A stretch of 64,000 nucleotides of DNA from Tubulanus polymorphus (Eukaryota > Animalia > Nemertea). Shown here in pieces: positions 15,119-27,000 of this stretch; the stretch's first letter is position 1; every line of letters starts with the position of its first letter. The stretch is taken from NCBI RefSeq assembly GCF_964204645.1, contig NC_134032.1, forward strand, positions 15,054,275-15,118,274, read 5' to 3'. Below the pieces are notes generated by a model. That model did no database searches. It had not been told where the DNA came from and saw only the letters and a list, made by a program, of their open reading frames with translations. Position numbers and translations under genes: made by a program.

Positions 15119-16151
15119 TGATTAATCCACAATTTTTGTATGATTTATTGTAACGACAGACCTTGGCTCAAAGAGTTAATATGAAAAATAGTACTTTATT
15201 ACATTTATTGCAAATCTATTTCACTTTTCAAATGATTCAAAGCTCGTATTCATTGTGTATCGGTCTCGATATGCGACCAATGGCTTAGACCCAACAAACA
15301 CAGAAAAACATCAAACTAGAATTATAACTTACCGGTGTGTCCGACTCTTCATTGTCAGATGAATTCTGGTAAAAATAAAATGATTTGATATTTCACACTT
15401 TGAAATTCAAGGAACTACAATTTTGATATGAGATTTTCAGTATGAGAAACTGAAACCGATATTGATCGGTTTAACATCTATTATCAGTTAGATAATTCAC
15501 CCCAACACAAACTGTACTGAAAAACATTAAACTAGAATTATTATAACTTACCGATGAAACAGCCCACTTTGGAAAAGGTGTCGGGGCCCGGGCTACATTT
15601 GTGTTGGGTCTTAGCTGTTGTCTGGGAAACAGAAACGGGAAGGAAACAGGCCCAATTTCCGGCCACCTTCATACTGGACGTTGACTCAAAAACGTCCTTT
15701 TTGGGTGCATCTTACTAAAAGAAAATTTAAAATGAGGGCAGTTTAGGCGCCCCTAAAGCGAACTCGACTTAACCCTTCAAAGGAGAGTGTGTGATGGCAC
15801 CTTTCCCATCACTTGCCTTTGATAAGCTCCCAGAGCCAGCACCTTTAGGAGCCAACGCCCAGTATGCTGGGCGGGAAACAGAAACGGGAAGGAAACAGGC
15901 CCAATTCCCGGCCACCTTCATAAAAAGGTCGAGAGAGCCGCCCTTATTAGCCACTACCTTGACCTTTACTGCCTTCAACGTCGCGAAAAAAAATTCCATG
16001 TTGATGTTGAGTTGAGGATTTACGTTTTTTTTTTTTTAGATAAAAACTAGTGTAAAAACTTACTTAATTTACAGAAAAGGTCGAGGGAGCGGCCCTTGTT
16101 CGTCACTACCTCGACCTTTACCGCCTTCAATGTAGCATAAAAAAAGTCCAT
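839..16151 (-). pseudogene. Micro-exon gene of unknown product, partly amplified and partly frameshifted, underlying the 2.77-kb array
   Basis: Small segments bounded by polypyrimidine-ag and gtaag: 16151-16064 MDFFYATLKAVKVEVVTNKGRSLDLFCKL; 15614-15552 LRPNTNVARAPTPFPKWAVSS; 15365-15333 NSSDNEESDTP; 14821-14759 NTNAPAPTRAPTPYPMRAYSP; 14199-14161 (also 1267-1229) SSKSMSVSPLTTA; 874-839 TIKHEPISAHKG; 8508-8357 ..LKLKRLNETDQAFIERSSAKMPKTRRLWEGGPAAMSSPYSP; 11611-11531 and 5259-5179 RTRRRHLNERAEQEANLDRIGE..FQP; 9357-9310 MPKAKKKSSRKRPYE*. Most are multiples of 3 and open in phase 0. Confidence 0.55.
15674..15862. mobile_element. Small MITE (TIR CTGGRCGTTG, TA flanks)
   Basis: ta|ctggacgttg ... 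caacgcccag|ta; an inverted related fragment occurs at ~315-482 of each macrosatellite unit. Confidence 0.6.
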
Positions 16152-16685
16152 GTTGATTGCTGATGTTTTGCTGCTGGTTACTGCTGCAATATAAAAGAAA
16201 AAATGATAAAAATAAGAATAAAATCAATCAAGAAATCACTTCTTCGAGCGAATGTTCTAGAAAAATAATCAGCAAGTTTGAAGACCATTCGTGATAATCA
16301 AAATGATTTCAATCGAAATTTATCATCAGATCCACTACTGTCTAATTCTTACATATGCAAAGTAGCTACGCTAACCTCGATATAAAATCAGTTCTGTATT
16401 GAATATTTGAGATGAATTGAATTAAGGTTTGATATTTCAAGGCTTACTGATTGAGATAAAAACTTACTTAATTTACAAAAAATGTCGATGGAGCGGCCCT
16501 TGTTCGTCACTACCTCGACCTTTACCGCCTTCAATGTAGCATAAAAAAGTCCATGTTGATTGCTGATGTTTTGCTGCTGGTTACTGCTGCAACATAAAAG
16601 AAAAAATGATAAAAATAAGAATAAAATCAATCAAGAAATCATTTCTTCGAGCGAATGTTCTAGAAAAATAATCAGCAAGTTTGAA
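15920..16685. repeat. Three local copies of the putative first-exon segment
   Basis: ~16055-16282 nearly identical to ~16458-16685; diverged third copy at ~15920-16005. Confidence 0.85.
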
Positions 16686-16778
16686 AACCTTAACCTGTTG
16701 GTAACTATAAATAGAAATAAAGAAAATTACATTAAAACATGAAATTAATAAATTACTTAACTTTCCTCTTCTTTATAT

Positions 16779-19100
16779 AGTGAGGTTAATGACTTCCCTC
16801 TCTCTAAACAGTGAGGTTAATGACTTCCCTCCCTCTAAACAGTGAGGTTAATGACTTCCCTCCCTCTAAACAGTGAGGTTAATGACTTCCCTTCCTCTAA
16901 ACAGTGAGGTTAATGACTTCCCTCCCTCTAAACAGTGAGGTTAATGACTTCCCTCCCTCTAAACAGTGAGGTTAATGACTTCCCTCCCTCTAAACAGTGA
17001 GGTTAATGACTTCCCTCCCTGTAAACAGTGAGGTTAATGACTTCCCTCCCTCTAAACAGTGAGGTTAATAACTTCCCTCCCTCTAAACAGTGAGGTTAAT
17101 GACTTCCCTTCCTCTAAACAGTGAGGTTAATGACTTCCCTCCCTCTAAACAGTGAGGTTAATGACTTCCCTCCCTCTAAACAGTGAGGTTAATGACTTCC
17201 CTCCCTCTAAACAGTGAGGTTAATGACTTCCCTCCCTGTAAACAGTGAGGTTAATGACTTCCCTCCCTCTAAACAGTGAGGTTAATAACTTCCCTCCCTC
17301 TAAACAGTGAGGTTAATGACTTCCCTTCCTCTAAACAGTGAGGTTAATGACTTCCCTCCCTCTAAACAGTGAGGTTAATGACTTCCCTCCCTCTAAACAG
17401 TGAGGTTAATGACTTCCCTCCCTCTAAACAGTGAGGTTAATGACTTCCCTTCCTCTAAACAGTGAGGTTAATGACTTCCCTCCCTCTAAACAGTGAGGTT
17501 AATGACTTCCCTCCCTCTAAACAGTGAGGTTAATGACTTCCCTCCCTCTAAACAGTGAGGTTAATGACTTCCCTTCCTCTAAACAGTGAGGTTAATGACT
17601 TCCCTCCCTCTAAACAGTGAGGTTAATGACTTCCCTCCCTCTAAACAGTGAGGTTAATGACTTCCCTTCCTCTAAACAGTGAGGTTAATGACTTCCCTCC
17701 CTCTAAACAGTGAGGTTAATGACTTCCCTCCCTCTAAACAGTGAGGTTAATGACTTCCCTCCCTCTAAACAGTGAGGTTAATGACTTCCCTCCCTCTAAA
17801 CAGTGAGGTTAATGACTTCCCTTCCTCTAAACAGTGAGGTTAATGACTTCCCTCCCTCTAAACAGTGAGGTTAATGACTTCCCTCCCTCTAAACAGTGAG
17901 GTTAATGACTTCCCTCCCTCTAAACAGTGAGGTTAATGACTTCCCTCCCTCTAAACAGTGAGGTTAATGACTTCCCTCCCTCTAAACAGTGAGGTTAATG
18001 ACTTCCCTCCCTCTAAACAGTGAGGTTAATGACTTCCCTCCCTCTAAACAGTGAGGTTAACAGTGAGGTTAATAACTTCCCTCCCTCTAAACAGTGAGGT
18101 TAATGACTTCCCTCCCTCTAAACAGTGAGGTTAATGACTTCCCTCCCTCTAAACAGTGAGGTGAATGACTTCCCTCCCTCTAAACAGTGAGGTTAATGAC
18201 TTCCCTCCCTCTAAACAGTGAGGTTAATGACTTCCCTCCCTCTAAACAGTGAGGTTAATGACTTCCCTCCCTCTAAACAGTGAGGTTAATAACTTCCCTC
18301 CCTCTAAACAGTGAGGTTAATAACTTCCCTCCCTCTAAACAGTGAGGTTAATGACTTCCCTCCCTCTAAACAGTGAGGTTAATGACTTCCCTCCCTCTAA
18401 ACAGTGAGGTTAATGACTTCCCTCCCTCTAAACAGTGAGGTTAATGACTTCCCTCCCTCTAAACAGTGAGGTTAATGACTTCCCTCCCTCTAAACAGTGA
18501 GGTTAATGACTTCCCTTCCTCTAAACAGTGAGGTTAATGACTTCCCTCCCTCTAAACAGTGAGGTTAATGACTTCCCTCCCTCTAAACAGTGAGGTTAAT
18601 GACTTCCCTTCCTCTAAACAGTGAGGTTAATGACTTCCCTCCCTCAAAACAGTGAGGTTAATAACTTCCCTCCCTCTAAACAGTGAGGTTAATGACTTCC
18701 CTCCCTGTAAACAGTGAGGTTAATGACTTCCCTCCCTCTAAACAGTGAGGTTAATTACTTCCCTTCCTCTAAACAGTGAGGTTAATGACTTCCCTCCCTG
18801 TAAACAGTGAGGTTAATGACTTCCCTCCCTCTAAACAGTGAGGTTAATGACTTCCCTCCCTCTAAACAGTGAGGTTAATAACTTCCCTCCCTCTAAACAG
18901 TGAGGTTAATGACTTCCCTCCCTCTAAACAGTGAGGTTAATGACTTCCCTTCCTCTAAACAGTGAGGTTAATGACTTCCCTCCCTCTAAACAGTGAGGTT
19001 AATAACTTCCCTCCCTCTAAACAGTGAGGTTAATGACTTCCCTCCCTCTAAACAGTGAGGTTAATGACTTCCCTCCCTCTAAACAGTGAGGTTAATGACT
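16779..19100. repeat. 31-bp minisatellite, ~75 copies
   Basis: (cagtgaggttaatgacttccctccctctaaa)n with rare single-base variants; no spacers, so not CRISPR. Confidence 0.98.
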
Positions 19101-19879
19101 TTATTTTAAGAGGATCACAGGATATGGTATGAAAATAGTTACTACCAACTTACGCTGAGGCAGAAATATATCGAGAAACTCCTTGTCATCAATTTCGCGC
19201 GCTAGTAAGGTGTTGATTGTTCTAGAGAAGATATAATTCTCTATCACATACATCATTTCCAAAACTAGTTTTGAACTAGAGCTGACCCAAATGAGGATTT
19301 GTGAGTTTCTGAAACTACAAGTCTTGAGACTAGGGCAGATCCCGAGCTCAATCTCAAAGTTTCTATTTCGGAATGAAGTACACTTCATGGTATTTCAGGT
19401 CGTTCTAATGAAATTAATTACTGCGTAACATTTTGTGGAAGTCTTTTCTCATCGTTACATCTTTGATTGGTAAAGTATTTTCCGGACGACGAAGTCAAAA
19501 ATAACCATAAAGCGCCGCATAAGAGATGAATGATAATATTTCACATCTTTTACTGACCCTGTCTGTATAAAAACAGGTCGCGACTATCAGATGAAAATAG
19601 ATTGAACCAGATTGAATTTGTAAACTGAACTTACTTCGAGCACGAGTTTCGGCCGATTGTCGGTGCAGCGGTACCCCCTGGGTCTGGAAGTTCTGTAAAT
19701 AACAATGAAATATGAATGAATGGAACATAAAATTAGTATTGCAATCATGACATGGATTCAACTTGGGATAGTCTTGTTCGTGGTCATTCCGCTTGTCAAA
19801 CACAGTAAAATAGAAATAGAAACAGACATTTTAAAAATTAAATCAGATAATTAAACTGGCCTCATTCTCAACAGTGAGG

Positions 19880-22445
19880 ACGGGTAGGGGCTGCAGCCGA
19901 TGGTGGGATGCCTTGTGGAACCAAAGTTCGCATGAAGTCATGAATTTTATTGCGGTGAGCACACTCCAAGATCTCCTACAAACAACCACCCCATCAATCT
20001 AGTTGAATGACGTTTTGCACCCGGGGAGCGGCTGTCTGAGGAACCGCTGCTGAGGCGAATTACCCTGCACTGGATGGGGAGGCACAGTAGCCGGTGAGCA
20101 CACTCCAAGATCTACAGACAGCCGCCCTCGGACTCTTTCTGACCAACGCGTGGCATCTGGGTGCGGCTGTCTGATAGGCCGCTGTTGAGGCGAATTATTT
20201 CCCTGAGGTTGTGGGGGAGGGGCAGCAGCGGGTGACAAAGGATTCACCGGTGGTGGGATCCTATCTGGAACCAAGTTTCGTTTCAATTCCTCTATTAGAT
20301 CGCGGTGTGGCGCCTCGTTGAATATGTCAATGACGTTGTGGAGGAGGGGCAGCAGCGGGCGACAAAGGATTCGCCGGTGGTGGGATCCTATCTGGAACCA
20401 AGTTTCGTTTTAGTTCCTCGATCAGGTCCCTATGCGGCGCCTCGTTGAATATGTCAATGACGTTGTGGAGGAGGGGCAGCAGCGGGCGACAAAGGATTCA
20501 CCGGTGGTGGGATCCTATCTGGAACCAAGTTTCGTTTTAGTTCCTCGATCAGGTCCCTATGCGGCGCCTCGTTGAATATGTCAATGACGTTGTGGAGGAG
20601 GGGCAGCAGCGGGCGACAAAGGATTCACCGGTGGTGGGATCCTATCTGGAACCAAGTTTCGTTTCAGTTCCTCGATCAGGTCCCTATGCGGCGCCTCGTT
20701 TATGATCTCTATCACTGTAAAATAGAAATAGAGAAATACATAAAACACAAAAATATACAAAGGCTTTGACGCTGCCGCTATGAATATTATCCCAACAGGG
20801 GGCGCTTGACGCTATCTAAGTTTAATTATAATGTATTTGTGTTGGTTGGTGACTTACAATACTCACTGCTGCAGTTGAATTTCCACTTTGCTTCATTGAC
20901 ATTTGAATCATCCCAAATATCTATAGTTGAGATATTCATAAAATTCCAGGTATGGTTTTCTGTATCTGCGATACAGGATGGGATGTTGAATTGCGATTTG
21001 ATTTGTGTTCGGTTTACTTGATTGCCATGTTACTGCTCAAACATGCTATCTGGCGATCACTTTGCATTGGTTCTATGTTGGAATTGTTACAGGTGTTGGT
21101 TCTATGTTGGAATCGTTGCAGGTGTTGGTTCTATGTTGGAATCGTTGCAGGTGTTGGTTCTATGTTGGAATCATTGCAGGTGTTGGTTCTATGTTGGAAT
21201 CAGTATGGTGATGATTCTGTGTAGATGAATCTAGTTGAATGACATTTTGCACCCGGAAGCGACTGTCTGAGGAACCGCTGCTGAGGCAAATTACCCTGCA
21301 CTGGATGGGGAGGCGCAGTAGCCGGTGGTGGGATGCCTTGTGGAACCAAAGTTCGCATGAAGTCATGAATTTTATTGCGGTGAGCACACTCCAAGATCTC
21401 CTACAAACAACCACCCCATCAATCTAGTAGAATGACGTTTTGCACCCGGGGGCGGCTGTCTAAGGAACCGCTGCTGAGGCGAATTACCCTGCACTGGATG
21501 GGGAGGCACAGTAACCGGTGAGCACACTCCGAGATCTACAAACAGCCACCCCATCAGACAGCCGCCCTCGGACTCTTTCTGACCAACGCGTGGCATCTGG
21601 GATGCGGCTGTCTGATTGGCCGCTGTTGAGGCGAATTATTTCCCTGAGGTTGTGGGGGAGGGGCAGCAGCGGGCGACAAAGGATTCACCAGTGGTGGGAT
21701 CCTATCTGGAACCAAGTTTCGTTTCAATTCCTCAATTAAATCTCGATGCGGTGCCTCGTTGAATATGTCAATGACGTTGTGGAGGAGGGGCAGCAGCGGG
21801 CGACAAAGGATTCACCGGTGGTGGGATCCTATCTGGAACCAAGTTTCGTTTCAATTCCTCGATTAAATCGCGGTGTGGCGCCTCGTTTATGATTTCAATA
21901 ACTGTAAAATAGAAATAGAGAAATACATTAAACACAAAAATATACAAAAGCTTTGACGCTGCCGCTATGAATATTATCCCAACAGGGGGCGCTTGACGCT
22001 ATCTAAGTTTAATTATAATGTAACTGTGTTGGCTGGTGACTTACAATACTCACTGCTGCAGTTGAATTTCCACTTTGCTTCATTGACATTTGAATCATCC
22101 CAAATATCTATAGTTGAGATATTCATAAAATTCCAGGTATGGTTTTCTGTATCTGCGATACAGGATGGGATGGTAAATTGCAATTTGATTTGTGTTCGGT
22201 TTACTTGATTGCCATGTTACTGCTCAAACATGCTATCTGGCGATAACTTTGCATTGGTTCTATCTTGGAATTGTTATAGGTGTTGGTTCTATGTTGGAAT
22301 CGTTGCAGGTGTTGGTTCTATGTTGGAATCGTTGCAGGTGTTGGTTCTATGTTGGAATCGTTGCAGGTGTTGGTTCTGTTGGAATCGTTGCAGGTGTTGG
22401 TTCTATCTTTGAATCAGTAATTTGTGTGATCGATTCTGTGTAGAT
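19880..22445 (-). pseudogene. Duplicated degenerate Pro-rich coding block with 127-bp and 29-bp internal repeats
   Basis: Offset ~1187 bp between 20806 and 21993; 127-bp repeats at 20317/20444/20571; acceptor tattttacag| at ~20715 gives IEIINEAPHRDLIEELKRNLVPDRIPPPVNPLSPAAAPPP; paralogous ECAHRNKIHDFMRTLVPQGIPPP; upstream exon-like ..IWDDSNVNEAKWKFNCSSEY|gtaagt; frames broken at repeat junctions. Confidence 0.45.
21067..21201. repeat. 29-bp minisatellite (tgttggttctatgttggaatcgttgcagg), second block at ~22254-22410
   Basis: 4-5 copies per block; explains overlapping spurious ORFs in all three + frames. Confidence 0.9.
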
Positions 22446-23022
22446 GTGGTGTATCTCTACAGTTATTACGTTGTCCTCATTAATGACTTTGCGTCTAAAG
22501 TGACTTGAATTATGTCAAATTTCTATCGCTGATGAGATATATATAATTCCAGTGATGGTTCTGTGTATTTATGGTATAGTTTCTCTAGTGCGACGGTCTG
22601 TTTTAAACATTCTGCATATATTCAAACACCACGATAAGTTTGCATTTCAATTTTCTCTGCAGTTTTCTGGTTTTCTTTCATGTTTCGCATAATTCCAAAA
22701 TTACATGATTCTCGTGCATTGATAGCCCTTACATTTATTCTAAAGGATATCTGGTGTCTTCTTTCCTTAATTTGACGCACTGAATTGTCAGTCCTGAAAA
22801 AATTGACTGCTTCCTCATTAAGATACAGCTGCACGTTAATTAAGGGTGATATTGAATATCGGTGTCTTGTTACCTTACCTTCTTGAAATGTCAATTAGAA
22901 ATGCTGAATTTTCAGTGATTTAAAGAGTGATAGTGAGTTTTGGTGCCGTCTTTTTTTCTCCCCCTTCGAAATGTCGCATGTTTTTATTGATATAAAAGAT
23001 TATGAGAGTTTGTATTTATCAG

Positions 23023-23142
23023 AGAGTCGCCAGCGAGACCCAGGAGTCGCCAGCGAGACCCAGGAGTCAACAGAGAGACCCAGGAGTCAACAGAGAGACC
23101 CAGGAGTCAACAGAGAGACCCAGGAGTCACCAGAGTCACCAG
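23023..23142. repeat. 20-bp tandem repeat (cagagagacccaggagtcaa)
   Basis: ~5-6 copies. Confidence 0.9.
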
Positions 23143-24073
23143 TGAGAACACTACTGAGTAATGTCCCTCCTTCTCAAGAATGGAGTTCCACGGCGAGGAT
23201 GAATCGAAGTGTGGACTGACATTAAATCAGGTAAAACTGAAATACTTGTAATATGAATTTCTTTAAAAAATTGAGAGTAAAATTCATCAGATCAAGATGG
23301 TTACCGGTAGTTTGATTTCATGTTTTCATCATGATTTTGTTATTAGACACGCAATACCAGAGGGAATTAGGAAGAAAAATTTCTGAGGTTCTGAGCAAAG
23401 TTCCAGAAGATTGATGAGTATCGAGTCTGACCATAAATCAGGTATATATTGAAATCATATTCATATTATTTTCAAGTTGATAAAATGCTGAATTTTTCTT
23501 ATTTTGTGTTTTCATGTTGTAGCAAGTGTTGAGAGTCGGCTGTGAGATCTGAGGATCACCAGTGAGATCAGAGAGTCCCGATTGAGATCAGAGTCATCAG
23601 TGAGATCGCAGAGTCACCAGTGAGATGACTGCTTATGAGTGCTTATGCTGAATGTATGCACATTCTCTAGTAGGCTATGATGATGATGATGATGTAGATG
23701 GCGTCTTATGTTTCGTTATAGTTTCTCCATTCTTAAAACGTCAAGTCAAGTACAAATCTTCCAGTAGTTAAAATAAGTAATGACAATAGCTATGAATATA
23801 TACTTTCCTTAACCTTGAATTGCCGAGTAAAAATGTGACATACACTGAGTTTGTCTGTAAAATGCTGCATGTTGATTAATATGCTCAGGTGATTTTGAGT
23901 TTTGAGGTCTTTTCCAAATTGCCTTCTTTGAATTTCCACTATGCAATTAACCTTGTTTGTAGTTGTAAATACGTTATGAATGTGTTGCTTTTGTGTTGCT
24001 TTACTCATAGATTTGAATAAATATATAAATATATAATAAATATATTCCATTTTGGTTGATAATTGGTTATCTT

Positions 24074-27000
24074 AGAGTGGTCTTGATGCTGAATAGACGA
24101 TGTACAAGGGGTGTACACAGTTACTGACACTGAATCCAGTAATTACTGATACTGATTCAGAGTGGTCCTGATGCTGAATAGATGATGTACAGGGGGTGTA
24201 CACAGTTACTGACACTAAATCCAGTAATTACTGATACTGATTCAGAGTGGTCCTGATGCTGAATGGAGAGTGTACAGGTGGTGTACACAGTTACTGACAC
24301 TAAATCCAGTTATTACTGACACTAATTCAGAGTGGTCCTGATGCCGAATAGATGATGTACAGGGGTTGTACACAATTACTGACACTAAATCCAGTAATTA
24401 CTGATACTGATTCAGAGTGGTCCTGATGCTGAATGGAGAGTGTACAGGGGGTGTACACAGTTACTGACACTGAATCCAGTAATTACTGACACTGATTCAG
24501 AGTGGGTCCTGATGCTGAATAGAGGATGTACAGGGGTGTCCCGGGTTCGAATCTAGTAATTACTGACACCGGTCCAGAGTGGGATCACTATGAGGATAGA
24601 GGATCCAGTTAATGCGAATCCGTGTACAATCCGGCCGTACGGTGCTGCCACTATGCTCATCGTTAGCGGGATTTTCATACACTAATGTTTGTCAACCCTG
24701 GCAATCGAAGTGCTATCCAGTTATACTCCGTGATCCTAGCATGCCAGAGTAGACTTACGTTAGTTTATGAAAATCTCGCTTACAATAACCATAGCGGCAG
24801 CACCATACGCACCCAGTAATTACTGACAATGATGCTGAATAGACGATGTACAGGGGCTAATATCAGAAAAAAATAAAACCGAAAGTGATTTTGAGTTTTG
24901 AGGTCTTTTCCAAATTGCCTTCTTTGAATTTCCACTATGCAATTAACCTTGTTTGTATTTGTAAATACGTTATGAATGTTTTGTGTTGCTTTACTCATAG
25001 ATTTACTTAAGATTCTGTTTGCTCTTGACTTGTTTTGTTTTTTTGTTATTGATCAATAAATATATTCCATTTTGGTTGATAATTGGTTATCTTATATATA
25101 TATAATCTATAATCTGATCTTGGAGTTGAGAAGACTGAAAATCCTGCATTGTCTAGTCTGACTTACATACCAACCCCCTCAGAATTGACACTGGTTAAAG
25201 TAACTGCGTGACTGATATGGCATCTCTTCTGAGAACAGTCTACATCTTGCAATAGACGATGTACAGGGGGTGTCCCAAGTTCGAACCCAGTTATTACTGT
25301 TACCGATTCAGAGTGGGTCCTGATACTGAATAGAGGATGTACAGGGGTGTCCCGGGTTGGAACCGAGTTATTACTGTTCAGTGGTCCTGATGCTGATTAG
25401 AGGATGTACAGGGTGTCTCTGGTTCGAACCCAGTTATTGCTGATACCGATTCAAAGTGGTCCTGATGCTGAATAGAGGATGTACAGGGGGTGTACACAGT
25501 TACTGACACTGAATCCAGTTATTACTGACACTAATTCAGAGTGGGTCCTGATGCTGAATAGATGATGTACAAGGGGTGTACACAGTTACTGGCACTAAAT
25601 CCAGTAATTACTGATACTGATTCAGAGTGGTCCTGATGCTGAATGGACGATGTACAGGGGGTGTACACTGTTACTGACACTGAATCCAGTAATTACTGAC
25701 ACTGATTCAGAGTGGGTCCTGATGCTGAATAGAGGATGTACAGGGGTGTCCCGGGTTCGAATCTAGTAATTACTGACACCGGTCCAGAGTGGGATCACTA
25801 TGAGGATAGAGGATCCAGTTAATGCGAATCCGTGTACAATCCGGCCGTACGGTGCTGCCACTATGCTCATCGTTAGCGGGATTTTCATACACTAATGTTT
25901 GTCAACCCTGGCAATCGAAGTGCTGTCCAGTTATACCCCGTGACCCTAGCATGCCAGAGTAGACTTACGTTAGTTTATGAAAATCTCGCTTACAATAACC
26001 ATAGCGGCAGCACCATACGCACCCAGTAATTACTGACAATGATGCTGAATACACGATGTACAGAAGCTAATATCAGAAAAAAATAAAACCGAAAGTGATT
26101 TTGAGTTTTGAGGTCTTTTCCAAATTGCCTTCTTTGAATTTCCACTATGCAATTAAACTTGTTTGTATTTGTAAATACGTTATGAATGTTTTGTGTTGCT
26201 TTACTCATAGATTTACTTAAGATTCTGTTTGCTCTTGACTTGTTGTGTTTTTTTTGTTATTGATCAATAAATATATTCCATTTTGGTTGATAATTGGTTA
26301 TCTTATATATATATAATCTATAATCTTATCTTGGAGTTGAGAAGACTGAAAATCCTGCATTGTCTAGTCTGACTTAACATACCAACCCCTTCAGAATTGA
26401 CACTGGTTAAAGTAACTGCGTGACTGATATGGCATCTCTTCTGAGAACAGATCTTGCAATAGACGATGTACCGGGGGTGTCCCAAGTTCGAACCCAGTTA
26501 TTCCTGATACCGATTCAGAGTGGGTCCTGATACTGAATAGAGGATGAACAGGTCTGTCCCGGGTTGGAACCCAGTTATTACTGTTCAGTGGTCCTGATGC
26601 TGATTAGAGGATGTACAGGGTGTCTCTGGTTCGAACCCAGTTATTGCTGATACCGATTCAGAGTGGTCCTGATGCTGAATACATGATGTAAAGGGGGTGT
26701 ACACAGTTACTGACACTAAATCCAGTAATTACTGATACTGATTCAGAGTGGTCCTGATGCCGAATAGACGATGTAAAGGGGGTGTACACAGTTACTGACA
26801 CTAAATCCAGTAATTACTGATACTGATTCAGAGTGGTCCTGATGCCGAATAGACGATGTACAAGGGGTGTACACAGTTACTGACACTGAATCCAGTAATT
26901 ACTGATACTGATTCAGAGTGGTCCTGATGCTGAATACATGATGTAAAGGGGGTGTACACAGTTACTGACACTAAATCCAGTAATTACTGATACTGATTCA

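Noticed and set aside
16779-19100. CRISPR-like ~30-bp repeats
   Set aside because: Repeats are contiguous with no unique spacers; eukaryotic context; no cas genes.
20952-22443. Cys-rich + strand ORFs (CWNRCRCWFY) as toxin-like peptides
   Set aside because: Produced by a 29-bp minisatellite that cycles through all frames.
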